Part shown: piece after piece, positions 42,560 through 52,269 of the stretch
Layout of the letters: every line of letters begins with the position of its first letter
Numbering within the stretch: position 1 is the stretch's first letter
NCBI GenBank assembly: GCA_963805625.1
Contig: CAWDVE010000017.1
Location: 288,001-352,000 of the forward strand
Length of the DNA: 64,000 bases
Origin: an uncultured Candidatus Rokubacteria bacterium
GTDB lineage: Bacteria > Methylomirabilota > Methylomirabilia > Rokubacteriales > DASRDR01
Direction: 5' to 3'
The notes under the pieces: generated by a model
Databases searched by the model: none
Seen by the model: the letters and a program-made list of their open reading frames with translations, nothing else
Told to the model about the DNA's origin: nothing
Program-made: the position numbers and the translations under genes

Positions 42560-43371
42560 GAGGCCCTTCGGGGCTCCTCGAGCGCCTCCGCCTGCGCGAA
42601 CTCCTCGCCGAGCACGTGCCAGAGGGCGCTGAACTCGCGGGCGTACTCGTCGGTCTCGCGGACGCGAATGACGTCACGCGGGCGCGGAAGCTTGACCTCG
42701 TGAACGTGCTTGATGCGGCCGGGCCGCCTCGTCAGGACGATGACGCGGTCGGCGAGGGTGATGGCCTCCGCCAGATCGTGCGTCACGAAGACGATGGTCT
42801 GCCGCTTCCCGGTCCAGAGCGCCAGGAGCTGCGCCTGGAGGCGGAGCTTGGTGTGAGTGTCGAGGGCGCCGAACGGCTCGTCCATCAGGAGGATATCCGG
42901 TTCGACCACGAGCGTGCGGATCAGCGCCACGCGCTGGCGCATCCCGCCGGACAGGGTCGCCGGGAATGCGTCCTCGAACCCCTCGAGCCCCGCCAGCCGG
43001 ATGGCCTCCCGGACCCGTCGCTCGCGCTCGGCTCGGGGGAGACCCCGGTACGCGAGGCCGAGCTCGACGTTCTGGGCGACGGTGCGCCAGGGGAAGACCG
43101 TGTCTTTCTGGAAGACGTACCCCACCTCTCGCGGGACTCCCGTGAGCGGTCGCCCGTCCAGCCGGATGGCGCCAGCAGTCGGGGCGACGAGACCCGCGAT
43201 CATGTTGAGCACCGTGGACTTGCCGCAGCCGGACGGGCCCACGAGTGCCACGAACTCCTTGTCCTGGACCTCGAACGACACGCCGGCGACGGCGTCGGTG
43301 GCGCGGCCACCGGCCGTGAACGTTTTCGCGAGGTCGCGGATCTCGATCCGGACGCGCGGGGGCGCGGTCAG
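42556..43371 (-). CDS. ABC transporter ATP-binding protein (NitT/TauT family)
   Basis: GPSGCGKS, LSGGMRQR, LLMDEPF. The N-terminus IEIRDLAKTF lies upstream of the first GTG (43281); start probably CTG 43371. Confidence 0.9.
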   Translation of the reverse strand: MTAPPRVRIEIRDLAKTFTAGGRATDAVAGVSFEVQDKEFVALVGPSGCGKSTVLNMIAGLVAPTAGAIRLDGRPLTGVPREVGYVFQKDTVFPWRTVAQNVELGLAYRGLPRAERERRVREAIRLAGLEGFEDAFPATLSGGMRQRVALIRTLVVEPDILLMDEPFGALDTHTKLRLQAQLLALWTGKRQTIVFVTHDLAEAITLADRVIVLTRRPGRIKHVHEVKLPRPRDVIRVRETDEYAREFSALWHVLGEEFAQAEALEEPRRAS

Positions 43372-44444
43372 GATCGCGGCGACGCCTTCCGGACGAAGGA
43401 CATGTCGACGGCCTTCTGGAAGGGGATGGGGCCGTCGAGCACCTTCGTCGCGAGGAAGATCTTCTGGACTTCCTGGTACTGCCGCTCGTCAACGAGGAAG
43501 TCCCAGTCGAAGATGCTCTTGTAGTACCGGATGGACTTCAGGATCTCGTCCCGGGAGAACGTGTCCATGTAGGGCTTGTGGAGGAGCTCGAGGATCTCGC
43601 CCTCCGCCGCCTTCTCGATCCACTTCTGCGCGCGGTAGCACGCGCTCACGTAGCCCTGCACGGCGGCGGGCTGCCTCTCGATGGTCTCGCGGAGGCAGTA
43701 GCCGACGGTGACGGGCAACGGCCCGCCGAAGACGCGGTTCCACGTCCGCTCGTCCAGGATGTCGTAGATCGTTTTGCCGAACCCCTGGTCCTCGGCGGCC
43801 CACATCCATTCCGGCACCGCCATGATCGCGTCGAACTTCCCGGCCTTGAGGCCCCCGAGCATGGTCGTCGAGGCGCCGCCGCCGACCCATTCCACGAAGT
43901 CGTTCAGCGACTTGCCCCCCGCCGTCTTCTGCTGCTCCAGGATGTGGCTCCCGTACACCCACGTGCCGGAGCCGATGGCCGTCGCCGCGACCACCCACTT
44001 GCCCCCGTCGGAGCGCTTCATCGTCGCGAGCCTGTCGATGCTGGTGAGCCCCGCGTCGTAGAGCTCCCTGCGCGCCACGATGTTCGCGTAGGAGCACCGG
44101 GTGTCGGTGGCGAAGAGGATGACGGCCTCTTTGCCCTTCTCGCTGATCTTCAGCGGATGATTCGAGTCGCCGAGCGCGAACATCGCCTGCCCCGCCGCCA
44201 GGGCCTGCACCACCTTGGCGCCTCCGCCCGGCACGATGAACCCCTGGTCCGCCGTGACCCCCTCCTCTTCGAAGAAGCGCTTCTCCCGCGCGACGAGGTG
44301 CTGCGCGTAGACGAAGGTGGAGATGCTGTGGGAGAGGGTGATCGGGCGCGCCGCCGCGTGGCTGAGCCGCGGCAGCGCGGCCGCGACTGGGAGGGCGCCC
44401 GCGGCGGACAGGAATTCTCGGCGTGTGAGCCGGTGCGTGCGCAT
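43368..44444 (-). CDS. ABC transporter substrate-binding protein (NMT1/SsuA-like, Tat signal)
   Basis: TRREFL twin-arginine leader, GAGGAGG RBS before ATG 44444. Confidence 0.88.
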   Translation of the reverse strand: MRTHRLTRREFLSAAGALPVAAALPRLSHAAARPITLSHSISTFVYAQHLVAREKRFFEEEGVTADQGFIVPGGGAKVVQALAAGQAMFALGDSNHPLKISEKGKEAVILFATDTRCSYANIVARRELYDAGLTSIDRLATMKRSDGGKWVVAATAIGSGTWVYGSHILEQQKTAGGKSLNDFVEWVGGGASTTMLGGLKAGKFDAIMAVPEWMWAAEDQGFGKTIYDILDERTWNRVFGGPLPVTVGYCLRETIERQPAAVQGYVSACYRAQKWIEKAAEGEILELLHKPYMDTFSRDEILKSIRYYKSIFDWDFLVDERQYQEVQKIFLATKVLDGPIPFQKAVDMSFVRKASPRS

Positions 44445-44480
44445 GGAGACCTCCTCGGATGGTCGGGATCGGCAGCCGGG

Positions 44481-44510
44481 ACTATACCGAGACGTTTCGG
44501 AGCCTGTCAA
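44481..44510 (-). promoter_or_regulatory. Sigma70 promoter of the ABC operon
   Basis: TTGACA-18 nt-TATAGT on the minus strand. Confidence 0.7.
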
Positions 44511-44539
44511 CGCCGCAGCGCTGCGCTGGGCGTGGCGTG

Positions 44540-44830
44540 TCAGTCGCGCCGCGTGCCGGGCGGCGACGGACTCGCCTGCGGGATGTGGAACCCGTAGCGC
44601 TGGCGCAGGAGATCCACCAGCGGCGTCGGAAGTATCTCGGTCGCGCCAAGGCAATACTGGCAGATCAGACGGACATCGCCCGTCCAGAAGTCGGACCAGA
44701 GGGCGACCTTGTGGAACATCTCGATCTGGTTCGTATGCGTGGTCCAGGACAGGAGGTGGAGGTGGCAGGACGGACAGACGTACTGCTTGTGGTTATCCGG
44801 ACTCGGCCGCCGCTCAGACTCGCTGTCCAT
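44540..44830 (-). CDS. Small zinc-ribbon-like protein
   Basis: GGAG RBS + ATG 44830; two CxxC pairs (CPSC, CQYC). Confidence 0.6.
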   Translation of the reverse strand: MDSESERRPSPDNHKQYVCPSCHLHLLSWTTHTNQIEMFHKVALWSDFWTGDVRLICQYCLGATEILPTPLVDLLRQRYGFHIPQASPSPPGTRRD

Positions 44831-45044
44831 CCCCACTCCCGGGGCCGGGTTCACCCCGTGTCCAGTAGTGCCAATGAACACCTCCTAATAGCGTAGAATG
44901 CGCCGGTCTGGCAAGAAGCGCCGCAGGGCGGTCCGGGCGGCTCGTCGGTACGCCCAGCCGTCGGCGGGTGGCATACCGATGGTAACCATACGTCGACATT
45001 GGTGTTTTGTGTTCGGGTCGGCTGCCACATCCATGCCGAGCGCG

Positions 45045-45074
45045 TTGACACCTCCGGACGGCATCGGCTAGCAT
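45045..45074 (+). promoter_or_regulatory. Sigma70 promoter of the yicC-gmk-rpoZ operon
   Basis: TTGACA-18 nt-TAGCAT. Confidence 0.65.
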
Positions 45075-45087
45075 CAAAGGAATTCCA

Positions 45088-45972
45088 ATGGGCCTGGTCG
45101 TGAGCATGACGGGGTACGGGCGAGGCGAGGCCCGGGGTGCGCGTATCGCCCTCATCGCCGAGGCGCGCTCCCTCAACCACCGGTTCTTCGAGACCAGCAT
45201 CAAGCTCCCGCGGGGACTCACCGCGAACGAGGCCGAGCTCCGGCGCCTGGTCCAGGGCCGGATCGCCCGCGGCCGCGTGGACGTGACCGTGACGCTGCGC
45301 CGGACGGCGGCGGCCGCGTCGAGCGTGCGGACCGATGTCGCGCTCGGCCTCGCGTACGCGCGCGGCGCGCGGGCGCTGGGCGAGGCGGCCGGGGTCCAGT
45401 CCGAGGTGTCGGTCGCCGATCTCCTGCGCCTCCCCGGCGTCGTGACGGTCGAGGAGACCGAGGAGGAGGACGGCGAGGGCGCGATCCTCCTCAAGACCGC
45501 CGCCGCCGAGGCGCTCGACGAGCTCTGCCGGATGCGCCAGACGGAGGGGGCGGCGCTGGCGCGAGACCTCGGGTCTCACGTGGACGCGCTCGCCGCCTGG
45601 ATGCGTGCGGCCGAAGCGCTGCTGCCGGCGGCGCTGGCCCGGATCCAGGCCCGGCTCCGGGATCGCGTCCAGGCCATTCTCGGCGAGACGACGGCGGATC
45701 CCGGCCGGCTGGCCCAGGAGGTGGCGACCTGGGCGGCGCGGAGCGACGTCGCGGAGGAGCTCGCCCGCCTCGGCTCGCACCTCGCACAATTCCGGGCGCT
45801 CCTCTCGGAGGGAGGCGCTGTGGGCCGGCAGCTGGACTTCCTGACCCAGGAGCTCCACCGAGAGGTCAACACCATCGCGTCGAAGGCGGACGATGCCGAG
45901 CTGGTCACACGCGTCCTGGAGGCGCGGACGCTCGTGGAGCGCATCCGGGAGCAGGTGCAGAACGTCGAGTGA
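45088..45972 (+). CDS. yicC: YicC/YloC family endoribonuclease
   Basis: SMTGYGR, SLNHRF, GRQLDFLTQELHREVNTIASK, IREQVQNVE. Confidence 0.93.
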   Translation: MGLVVSMTGYGRGEARGARIALIAEARSLNHRFFETSIKLPRGLTANEAELRRLVQGRIARGRVDVTVTLRRTAAAASSVRTDVALGLAYARGARALGEAAGVQSEVSVADLLRLPGVVTVEETEEEDGEGAILLKTAAAEALDELCRMRQTEGAALARDLGSHVDALAAWMRAAEALLPAALARIQARLRDRVQAILGETTADPGRLAQEVATWAARSDVAEELARLGSHLAQFRALLSEGGAVGRQLDFLTQELHREVNTIASKADDAELVTRVLEARTLVERIREQVQNVE

Positions 45973-46625
45973 CTGCTGCAGCATCGCGCCGGGGCATGCT
46001 CATCGTGGTCTCGGCTCCCTCGGGAGCCGGGAAGACGACGCTCTGTCGGGACGTCCGCAAGACCGTGGCGAATCTTGCCTACTCCGTGTCCTACACGACG
46101 CGCAGCCCGCGGCCGGGCGAGATCGAGGGTCAGGCGTATCATTTTCTCTCCGAGCCTGTCTTCCAGCAGATGGTCGATCGCGGCGAGTTTGCCGAGTGGG
46201 CCCGCGTGCACGGTCATCTCTATGGCACGGCCGCCCGGACGCTGGAGGCGGTGCTCGACCGCGGGGAGGACATCCTCCTCGACATCGACACGCAGGGCGC
46301 CCGGCAGCTCCGGGCCCGCTACCCTCAGGGCCTCTATGTCTTCGTGGTGGCCCCCTCGATGCGAGAGCTCGAGGCCCGGCTCAAGGAGCGGAAGTCCGAC
46401 GCGCCGCGGGAGATCGCCCGCCGCCTCGCGCGAGCCGTGGACGAGATCGCCGCGTGGCGTGAGTACGACTACGTGATCGTCAACCGTCATCTCGACGAGG
46501 CCTTACGGCAGCTCGCGTGCATCATCGAGGCCGAGCGCTGCCGAACGTCTCGTCTCACCCTGAGCCTGCCGGATCTCCCGGTGGGCGGGGGGGTCCAGGC
46601 GACCCTCCCAGGAGGCACCGCGTAA
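45969..46625 (+). CDS. gmk: Guanylate kinase
   Basis: SAPSGAGKTT, TTRSPRPGE, LDIDTQGA. Confidence 0.96.
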   Translation: MTAAASRRGMLIVVSAPSGAGKTTLCRDVRKTVANLAYSVSYTTRSPRPGEIEGQAYHFLSEPVFQQMVDRGEFAEWARVHGHLYGTAARTLEAVLDRGEDILLDIDTQGARQLRARYPQGLYVFVVAPSMRELEARLKERKSDAPREIARRLARAVDEIAAWREYDYVIVNRHLDEALRQLACIIEAERCRTSRLTLSLPDLPVGGGVQATLPGGTA

Positions 46626-46846
46626 TGTTCCCATCCCTCGAGAAGTGCCTCGAGCAGATCTCCAACCGCTACGTCCTCGTGGTGCTGGCGGCGAAGCGGA
46701 GCCGGCAGCTCAACCGGGGCGCCCAGCCGCAGGTCGAGACGAAGCGCCGGAAGTGGACGTCCGTAGCGCTGGAAGAGTGCATCGCCGGCAAGATCCAGCT
46801 GAAGAAGCCGGAAGAAGTGGACAAGGCGCCCGCCCCCGCGGCCTGA
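46625..46846 (+). CDS. rpoZ: RNA polymerase omega subunit
   Basis: NRYVLVVLAAKRSRQL, VALEE; TAATG overlap with gmk. Confidence 0.93.
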   Translation: MFPSLEKCLEQISNRYVLVVLAAKRSRQLNRGAQPQVETKRRKWTSVALEECIAGKIQLKKPEEVDKAPAPAA

Positions 46847-46874
46847 GCCCGGCGGGCACCCCGGGAGGCGAGCG

Positions 46875-48095
46875 ATGGCGCTGGCTGGCCGCGAGCTGAT
46901 CCTCGCCGTCACGGGCAGCATCGCCGCCTACAAGGCGGCCTACCTCCTGCGCGAGCTTCGGCGCGCGGAGGCGGGCGTCACCGTCGTGATGACTGCGCAC
47001 GCGCGCGAGTTCGTAGCGCCGCTCACCTTCCGGACGCTCTCCGGCCGGCCCGTCCTGACGGACCTGTTCGACCCGCAGGAGCTCGCGGCCGTGGAACACG
47101 TGGCGCTGGCCGAGCGCACCGACCTGCTCCTCGTCGCCCCCGCCACGGCGCAGGCCCTTGCGCGCGCGGCGCTCGGGCTCGCCGACGACTTCCTGGGGAC
47201 GATCCTCCTCGCGATGCGCGGGCCGGTGCTCTTCGCTCCCGCCATGGACGGTGGCATGTGGGAACACCCCGCGGTGCAGGCTCACGTCGGGACGCTCCGG
47301 GCCCGCGGGGCCACGGTGCTGGAGCCCGGGGAGGGTGAACTTGCATCCGGCCTCCGCGGCCGAGGACGGTTTCCCGAGGTCTCGGACATCGTCGAGGCGG
47401 CCGTCCGCCTCCTCTGGCCCCGGCGGGACCTCACGGGCGACCACGTCCTGGTCACGGCCGGACCCACCCGGGAGCCGCTCGATCCCGTGCGCTTCCTGAG
47501 CAATCGCTCGTCCGGCCGCATGGGATACGCGATCGCCGCGCAGGCCGTGCGCCGGGGCGCCGACGTGACGCTCGTCACGGGGCCGACTCATCTCGTGCCA
47601 CCGCCCGGCATCCGGGTGATCCCGGTGCAGACCGCCCTCGAGATGCGAGAGGCAGTCCTCCATGCGGCCGACACTGCAACGGTCGTGATCAAGGCCGCAG
47701 CGGTCGCCGACTACCGGCCGGGTCGCCTCGCGACCGAGAAGATCTCCTCGAAGCAGGACGGGCTCACGCTCGACCTCGCCCCGACCCCCGACATCCTCCG
47801 GGAGCTCGGGGCCCGGAAGGGCGCGCGCTTCCTGGTGGGGTTTGCCGCCGAGACGCACGAGCTTCGCGCGCGCGCCCAGGCCAAGCTCGCCGCCAAGGGC
47901 GCGGACCTCATCGTCGCGAACGACGTGAGCCGGGCCGACATCGGCTTCGACGTGGCCGACAACGAGGTCGTCCTGCTCGATCGCTGGGGCGGCGTCGTCG
48001 CGCTGCCGCGCCGGAGCAAGGTCGAGGTGGCCGACCTCATCCTGGACCGGGTCCAGGAGCTCCGTCGCGCGGTGCGCGAGCCTCAGGCGACCTGA
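46875..48095 (+). CDS. coaBC: Phosphopantothenoylcysteine decarboxylase/synthase
   Basis: [45 protein letters not shown]. Confidence 0.96.
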   Translation: MALAGRELILAVTGSIAAYKAAYLLRELRRAEAGVTVVMTAHAREFVAPLTFRTLSGRPVLTDLFDPQELAAVEHVALAERTDLLLVAPATAQALARAALGLADDFLGTILLAMRGPVLFAPAMDGGMWEHPAVQAHVGTLRARGATVLEPGEGELASGLRGRGRFPEVSDIVEAAVRLLWPRRDLTGDHVLVTAGPTREPLDPVRFLSNRSSGRMGYAIAAQAVRRGADVTLVTGPTHLVPPPGIRVIPVQTALEMREAVLHAADTATVVIKAAAVADYRPGRLATEKISSKQDGLTLDLAPTPDILRELGARKGARFLVGFAAETHELRARAQAKLAAKGADLIVANDVSRADIGFDVADNEVVLLDRWGGVVALPRRSKVEVADLILDRVQELRRAVREPQAT

Positions 48096-48096
48096 C

Positions 48097-48798
48097 GTGC
48101 CGAGCGACCCCGGCGCACTCGCGGACGCCGTGCGCGCCCTGGCAGATCACTTGCGTTTTCAGCAGGCGCTCGGGACCCGCGATCTGCCGCTCACCGGCGA
48201 GCCGCTCGGCGGGTCGACCTCCGCCCTCCGGCGCGTGGAGGCGGCGAGCGCCGGGTGCACGAAATGCAAGCTCTCCCAGGGGCGCAACACGATCGTCTTC
48301 GGCGCTGGCGACCCGGCGGCGCGGCTCGTGATCATCGGCGAGGGGCCCGGCGAGGAAGAAGACCGCCAGGGGAAGCCCTTCGTGGGCCGTGCCGGCCAGC
48401 TCCTCACGAAGATGCTCGAGTCGGTCGGCATCACGCGCGAGGAGGTCTACATCTGCAACATCGTCAAATGCCGGCCGCCGGGGAACCGGAATCCCGAGCC
48501 CGAGGAGATCGCGGCGTGCGCGCCGTACCTGGCGGGCCAGCTTGCCGCCATCCAGCCCGGCGTGATCTGCGCGCTCGGGACGTTCGCGGCCCAGCAGCTC
48601 TTGAGGACGCGGGAGCCGATCAGCCGCTTGCGCGGCCAGCTCCATCAGCTCGGCGGCGCCGTCGTGGTTCCGACCTTCCATCCGGCGTTCCTCCTGCGGA
48701 ACCCCGGTCCCGCCTACCGGCGCCAGGCGTACGATGACCTCAAGCTCATCCGGCGTGAGCACGACCGGGTCCGGGGCCAGGCGTCCGCCGGCGCCTGA
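48097..48798 (+). CDS. Family 4 uracil-DNA glycosylase
   Basis: CxxC, GEGPG, PFVGRAG, KCRPPGNR, TFHPAFLLR. Confidence 0.93.
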   Translation: MPSDPGALADAVRALADHLRFQQALGTRDLPLTGEPLGGSTSALRRVEAASAGCTKCKLSQGRNTIVFGAGDPAARLVIIGEGPGEEEDRQGKPFVGRAGQLLTKMLESVGITREEVYICNIVKCRPPGNRNPEPEEIAACAPYLAGQLAAIQPGVICALGTFAAQQLLRTREPISRLRGQLHQLGGAVVVPTFHPAFLLRNPGPAYRRQAYDDLKLIRREHDRVRGQASAGA

Positions 48799-50645
48799 GG
48801 CCGGACGTCCTGCTCGCGCACGTCGTCACCGACCTTCCCGTTCCCCGCACCTTCACGTATCGCATCCCGCCCGAACTGGAGGAGCGTGTCGCCCCGGGGC
48901 AGCGCGTGCGCGTGCCCTTCCGCGGCCGTCCCCGTCCGGGGGTCGTGGTGGCGGTCGAGCCCGGCGCGGGCCCAGAGGATGAGAATCTCGAGCCGTTGGC
49001 AGCCGTCCTCGATCCCGTGCCTGCGTTGACCCCGGCGCTGCTCGAGCTCACACGCTGGGCGGCGGCGGAGACGGCGAGCACGTGGGGGGAGGCCGCGTTC
49101 CGAGCGCTCCCGCCGGGCATCCGCTCGGGCGCGCCGCCCGCGCTGGCGCCGCTGCCGCCCGCGTGTCCGCCCGGCCCCGCGGGCCTCGTCACCGGCCGGG
49201 ACCGCGGAGACCGCGTCGAGCGGCGGATCGGGGAGACGCTCGCGAACGGCGCGAGCGTCCTAGTCCTCGCCCCGGAGATCGACCTGGCGCGGGCCTGGGC
49301 CGCTCGGCTCGAGACGCGCCTCGGCGAGCCAGCGCGGCTCGTCACGAGCGCCGCTTCCCCCCGGGAGCGCTGGGCCGCGTGGTGGGCATGCCGCCAGGGG
49401 CAGGCCCGGCTGGCGGTCGGGACGCGGACGGCCGCGTGGCTCCCGCTGGCGCCGCTCGGCCTGGCGGTCGTCGTCGACGAGGAGGATTCCGCGCACAAGT
49501 CTCCCGATACGCCGCGCTGGCATGCTCGGGACCTTGCCCTCGAGCGCGTCCGTCGCGAGGGCGGGGTGAGCCTCCTCGCGAGCCCCGCGCCGAGTCTCGA
49601 GAGCTGGGTGGCCACCCGAAGCGGCGCGCTCGCGTGGGACCCCGGCGCGCGGGGTGCGTGGCCGACCGTCGAGCGCGTGGCCCTGGGCGCCGAGGAAGCC
49701 GCGGCGGCGAGCCTCTCACCGGGACTCCGCGACACGGCACGCGCGGCGCTCTCCCGCGGGCGCTCCGTTCTCCTTGTTCTCAACCGGCTCGGCTTCGCCC
49801 GGACCTTGACCTGCGCAGACTGCGGGACCGTGCGGCGCTGCGGGCACTGTCGCCTAGCGCTCCTCTACCATCGGGAGACGCGGGCGCTCACGTGCCGGCT
49901 CTGCGGCCGCCGGGTACCGGCGGCGAGCCTCTGCGGGCGCTGCCGCGGCCGGCGGCTCCAGCTTCTCGGCTGGGGCACGGAGCGGCTCGAGGCGGAGGCC
50001 CGGCAGGCGTTCCCCGAAGCGCGGGTCGTTCGATACGACTCGACGGTCGCCCCGCCCGACGCCGAGGCGGCGCGGACTGCGTTCCGGTCGGGCGCGGCGC
50101 GGGTCCTCGTGGGCACCGCCATGGCGCTCCGTCTGGCGGAGGAGACGCCGGTCGCGGTCGGCGCCCTCGTGCTCGCCGACGCGACACTCAACCTGCCCGA
50201 TTTCCGCGCGGCCGAGCGGACCTTCCAGCTCGGATGGCGTCTGGCCGAGGCCGTCGAGCCGGGCGGCAGCGTGTGGCTCCAATCCTTGCTGCCGGAGCAT
50301 CCGGCGCTCGTGGCCATCGCGCGCGGCGAGCCCGAGCGCTTCTACGAGCCGGAGTGGGCCGAGCGCCAGGAGCTCGGGTACCCGCCGGCCCGCCGGATGG
50401 GGCGGTTTCTGGTCGAGGGCCGGGACGCTGCCAGGCTGGCCGAGGATCTGGCGGCCCGCGGCCGGGCGGCGGGGGCGACGGTGCTGGGGCCTGCGATGCT
50501 CGCGGGGGGGCGGGTCCAGGTGGTGCTCCTCGGCGGGCCCGAGCTCCCGGCGACCGTGACCGGCGTCCTCGAGCCCCTGCGGGGCCGGCGCCGGCTGGGG
50601 GGCACCCGGCTCACGGTCGACATCGATCCGGTCGAGCTTCCGTGA
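48795..50645 (+). CDS. priA: Primosomal protein N' (short form with degenerate helicase motifs)
   Basis: FTYRIP...GQRVRVPF, LNRLGF, four CxxC pairs, GWGTERL, PDFRAAER, DIDP. Start probably CTG 48795. Confidence 0.85.
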   Translation: MRPDVLLAHVVTDLPVPRTFTYRIPPELEERVAPGQRVRVPFRGRPRPGVVVAVEPGAGPEDENLEPLAAVLDPVPALTPALLELTRWAAAETASTWGEAAFRALPPGIRSGAPPALAPLPPACPPGPAGLVTGRDRGDRVERRIGETLANGASVLVLAPEIDLARAWAARLETRLGEPARLVTSAASPRERWAAWWACRQGQARLAVGTRTAAWLPLAPLGLAVVVDEEDSAHKSPDTPRWHARDLALERVRREGGVSLLASPAPSLESWVATRSGALAWDPGARGAWPTVERVALGAEEAAAASLSPGLRDTARAALSRGRSVLLVLNRLGFARTLTCADCGTVRRCGHCRLALLYHRETRALTCRLCGRRVPAASLCGRCRGRRLQLLGWGTERLEAEARQAFPEARVVRYDSTVAPPDAEAARTAFRSGAARVLVGTAMALRLAEETPVAVGALVLADATLNLPDFRAAERTFQLGWRLAEAVEPGGSVWLQSLLPEHPALVAIARGEPERFYEPEWAERQELGYPPARRMGRFLVEGRDAARLAEDLAARGRAAGATVLGPAMLAGGRVQVVLLGGPELPATVTGVLEPLRGRRRLGGTRLTVDIDPVELP

Positions 50646-50722
50646 GGGCGGTACAATGCCAGACGTGCCAATTGGGCCAGGCGGGCCCGTCTGCCAGGTG
50701 GGTCCGTCTGAAGGAGGGACAC

Positions 50723-51250
50723 ATGGCGGTCCTGGAGGTACGGCTCTACGGAGACCCGGTCCTGCGGCGCCGGGCGGCGCCGGTTCGCGAGGTCACGCCG
50801 GAGATCGAGAGCTGGCTCAGCGACATGGTCGAGACGATGCACACCGAGGTGGGCATCGGCCTCGCGGCGACCCAGATCGGCATCGAGCTCCGGATGCTCG
50901 TCATCGACGAGGACCGGGGCACGGGGGGGCGAGCCTACCTCAACCCGGTGATTGTCGAGCAGGGTGGCGAGCAGGTGGGCGAGGAAGGCTGTCTGTCGCT
51001 CCCCGGGATCTTCGCCGATGTGCGCCGCGCCGAGTGGGTCGTGGTGGAGGCGATGGACCGGACGGGCGCGTCCTTCCGGCGGCGCGCGTCGGGGCTCCTG
51101 GCCCGCGCGCTCCAGCACGAGATCGATCACCTCGACGGCATCCTGTTCATCGACCGCTTGGACAAGGTCGCGCGGGATCGGCTCAAGCGGCAGATCAAGC
51201 GCGAGGGCTTCCCGGCGCAGTCCGTCGCGGCGGGCGGGGTCAGACTTTGA
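50723..51250 (+). CDS. def: Peptide deformylase
   Basis: GIGLAATQIG, EGCLS, QHEIDHLDG. Confidence 0.96.
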   Translation: MAVLEVRLYGDPVLRRRAAPVREVTPEIESWLSDMVETMHTEVGIGLAATQIGIELRMLVIDEDRGTGGRAYLNPVIVEQGGEQVGEEGCLSLPGIFADVRRAEWVVVEAMDRTGASFRRRASGLLARALQHEIDHLDGILFIDRLDKVARDRLKRQIKREGFPAQSVAAGGVRL

Positions 51251-51339
51251 CTTCCAAACATTCGCCGGGACCCTGTCGCGGGCGACCCGGAACTCGGCCG
51301 CTTGCGGGGGGAATTGCTTAGAAGTCAAAGTCTGACCCC
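51236..51339. repeat. 104-bp palindromic REP/MITE-like element with GGGGTCAG ends
   Basis: Perfect 19-bp IR GGGGTCAGACTTTGACTTC (51236-51254) / GAAGTCAAAGTCTGACCCC (51321-51339). Confidence 0.8.
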
Positions 51340-52269
51340 ATGCGCGTGCTGTTCTATGGCACTCCCGCCTTCGCCCTTCCCACGTTCCAGGGTTTGCTCG
51401 CCCGCCATCGTGTGACGGCCGCCGTGACGCAGCCGGACCGGCCCGCCGGCCGCGGGCAGCGCGCGCAGGCCTCGCCCGTCAAGGCGCTGGCGCTCGAGCA
51501 CGGGATCCGGGTGCTCCAGCCGGTCCGACTCCGCGACCCCGGCTGGCCCGAGCGCCTCGCCGAGCACGCGGCGGACGTCGCGGTCGTCGTGGCCTTCGGT
51601 CAGATTCTCCCGCGGGCGGTTCTCGACGTGCCGGCGCGCGGGTCGATCAACGTCCACGCGTCGCTGCTCCCGCGGTATCGCGGCGCGGCCCCGATCGCGT
51701 GGGCCATCATCTGCGGCGAGCGCGAGACGGGGATCACCACTTTCCAGATGGATGCCGGGATGGACACGGGACCGCTTCTCCTCCAGCGGCCGACGCCCAT
51801 CGGCCCCGAGGAGACCGCCGGGGAACTCGCCGAGCGTTTGGCCGTGCTCGGGGCCGAGGTGCTCCTCGAGACGCTCGACCGCCTGGACTCGCTCACGCCA
51901 CGCGCGCAGGAATCCCAGGCAGCGACGCTGGCGCCCCGGCTCCGCAAGGAGGACGGCCTGCTCGACTGGACGCAGCCGGCCGCGACCCTGGCCGCGCGAG
52001 TTCGCGGCTTGAACCCGTGGCCCGGGGCCACCACCGTCACACCCGGTGGTCGTCTTCTGATCTGGCGCGCGCGAGCGATCGTTGGCCGGGGCGAGCCGGG
52101 CGTGCTCACGGCCGTCGAGGGGCGGCTCGTCGTCGGGACAGGAGCGGGCCTTCTCGAGCCCCTCGAGGTCCAGCCCGAGAACCGACGCGCGATGGATTGG
52201 GACGCGTACCTCCGGGGCGCGCGGCTTGGCCTGGGAGCGCCGCTTGGCGCGACGGTCCCGCGCTCCTGA
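51340..52269 (+). CDS. fmt: Methionyl-tRNA formyltransferase
   Basis: FYGTPAFA, TQPDRPAGRG, NVHASLLPRYRGAAPI, GMDTG. Confidence 0.96.
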   Translation: MRVLFYGTPAFALPTFQGLLARHRVTAAVTQPDRPAGRGQRAQASPVKALALEHGIRVLQPVRLRDPGWPERLAEHAADVAVVVAFGQILPRAVLDVPARGSINVHASLLPRYRGAAPIAWAIICGERETGITTFQMDAGMDTGPLLLQRPTPIGPEETAGELAERLAVLGAEVLLETLDRLDSLTPRAQESQAATLAPRLRKEDGLLDWTQPAATLAARVRGLNPWPGATTVTPGGRLLIWRARAIVGRGEPGVLTAVEGRLVVGTGAGLLEPLEVQPENRRAMDWDAYLRGARLGLGAPLGATVPRS

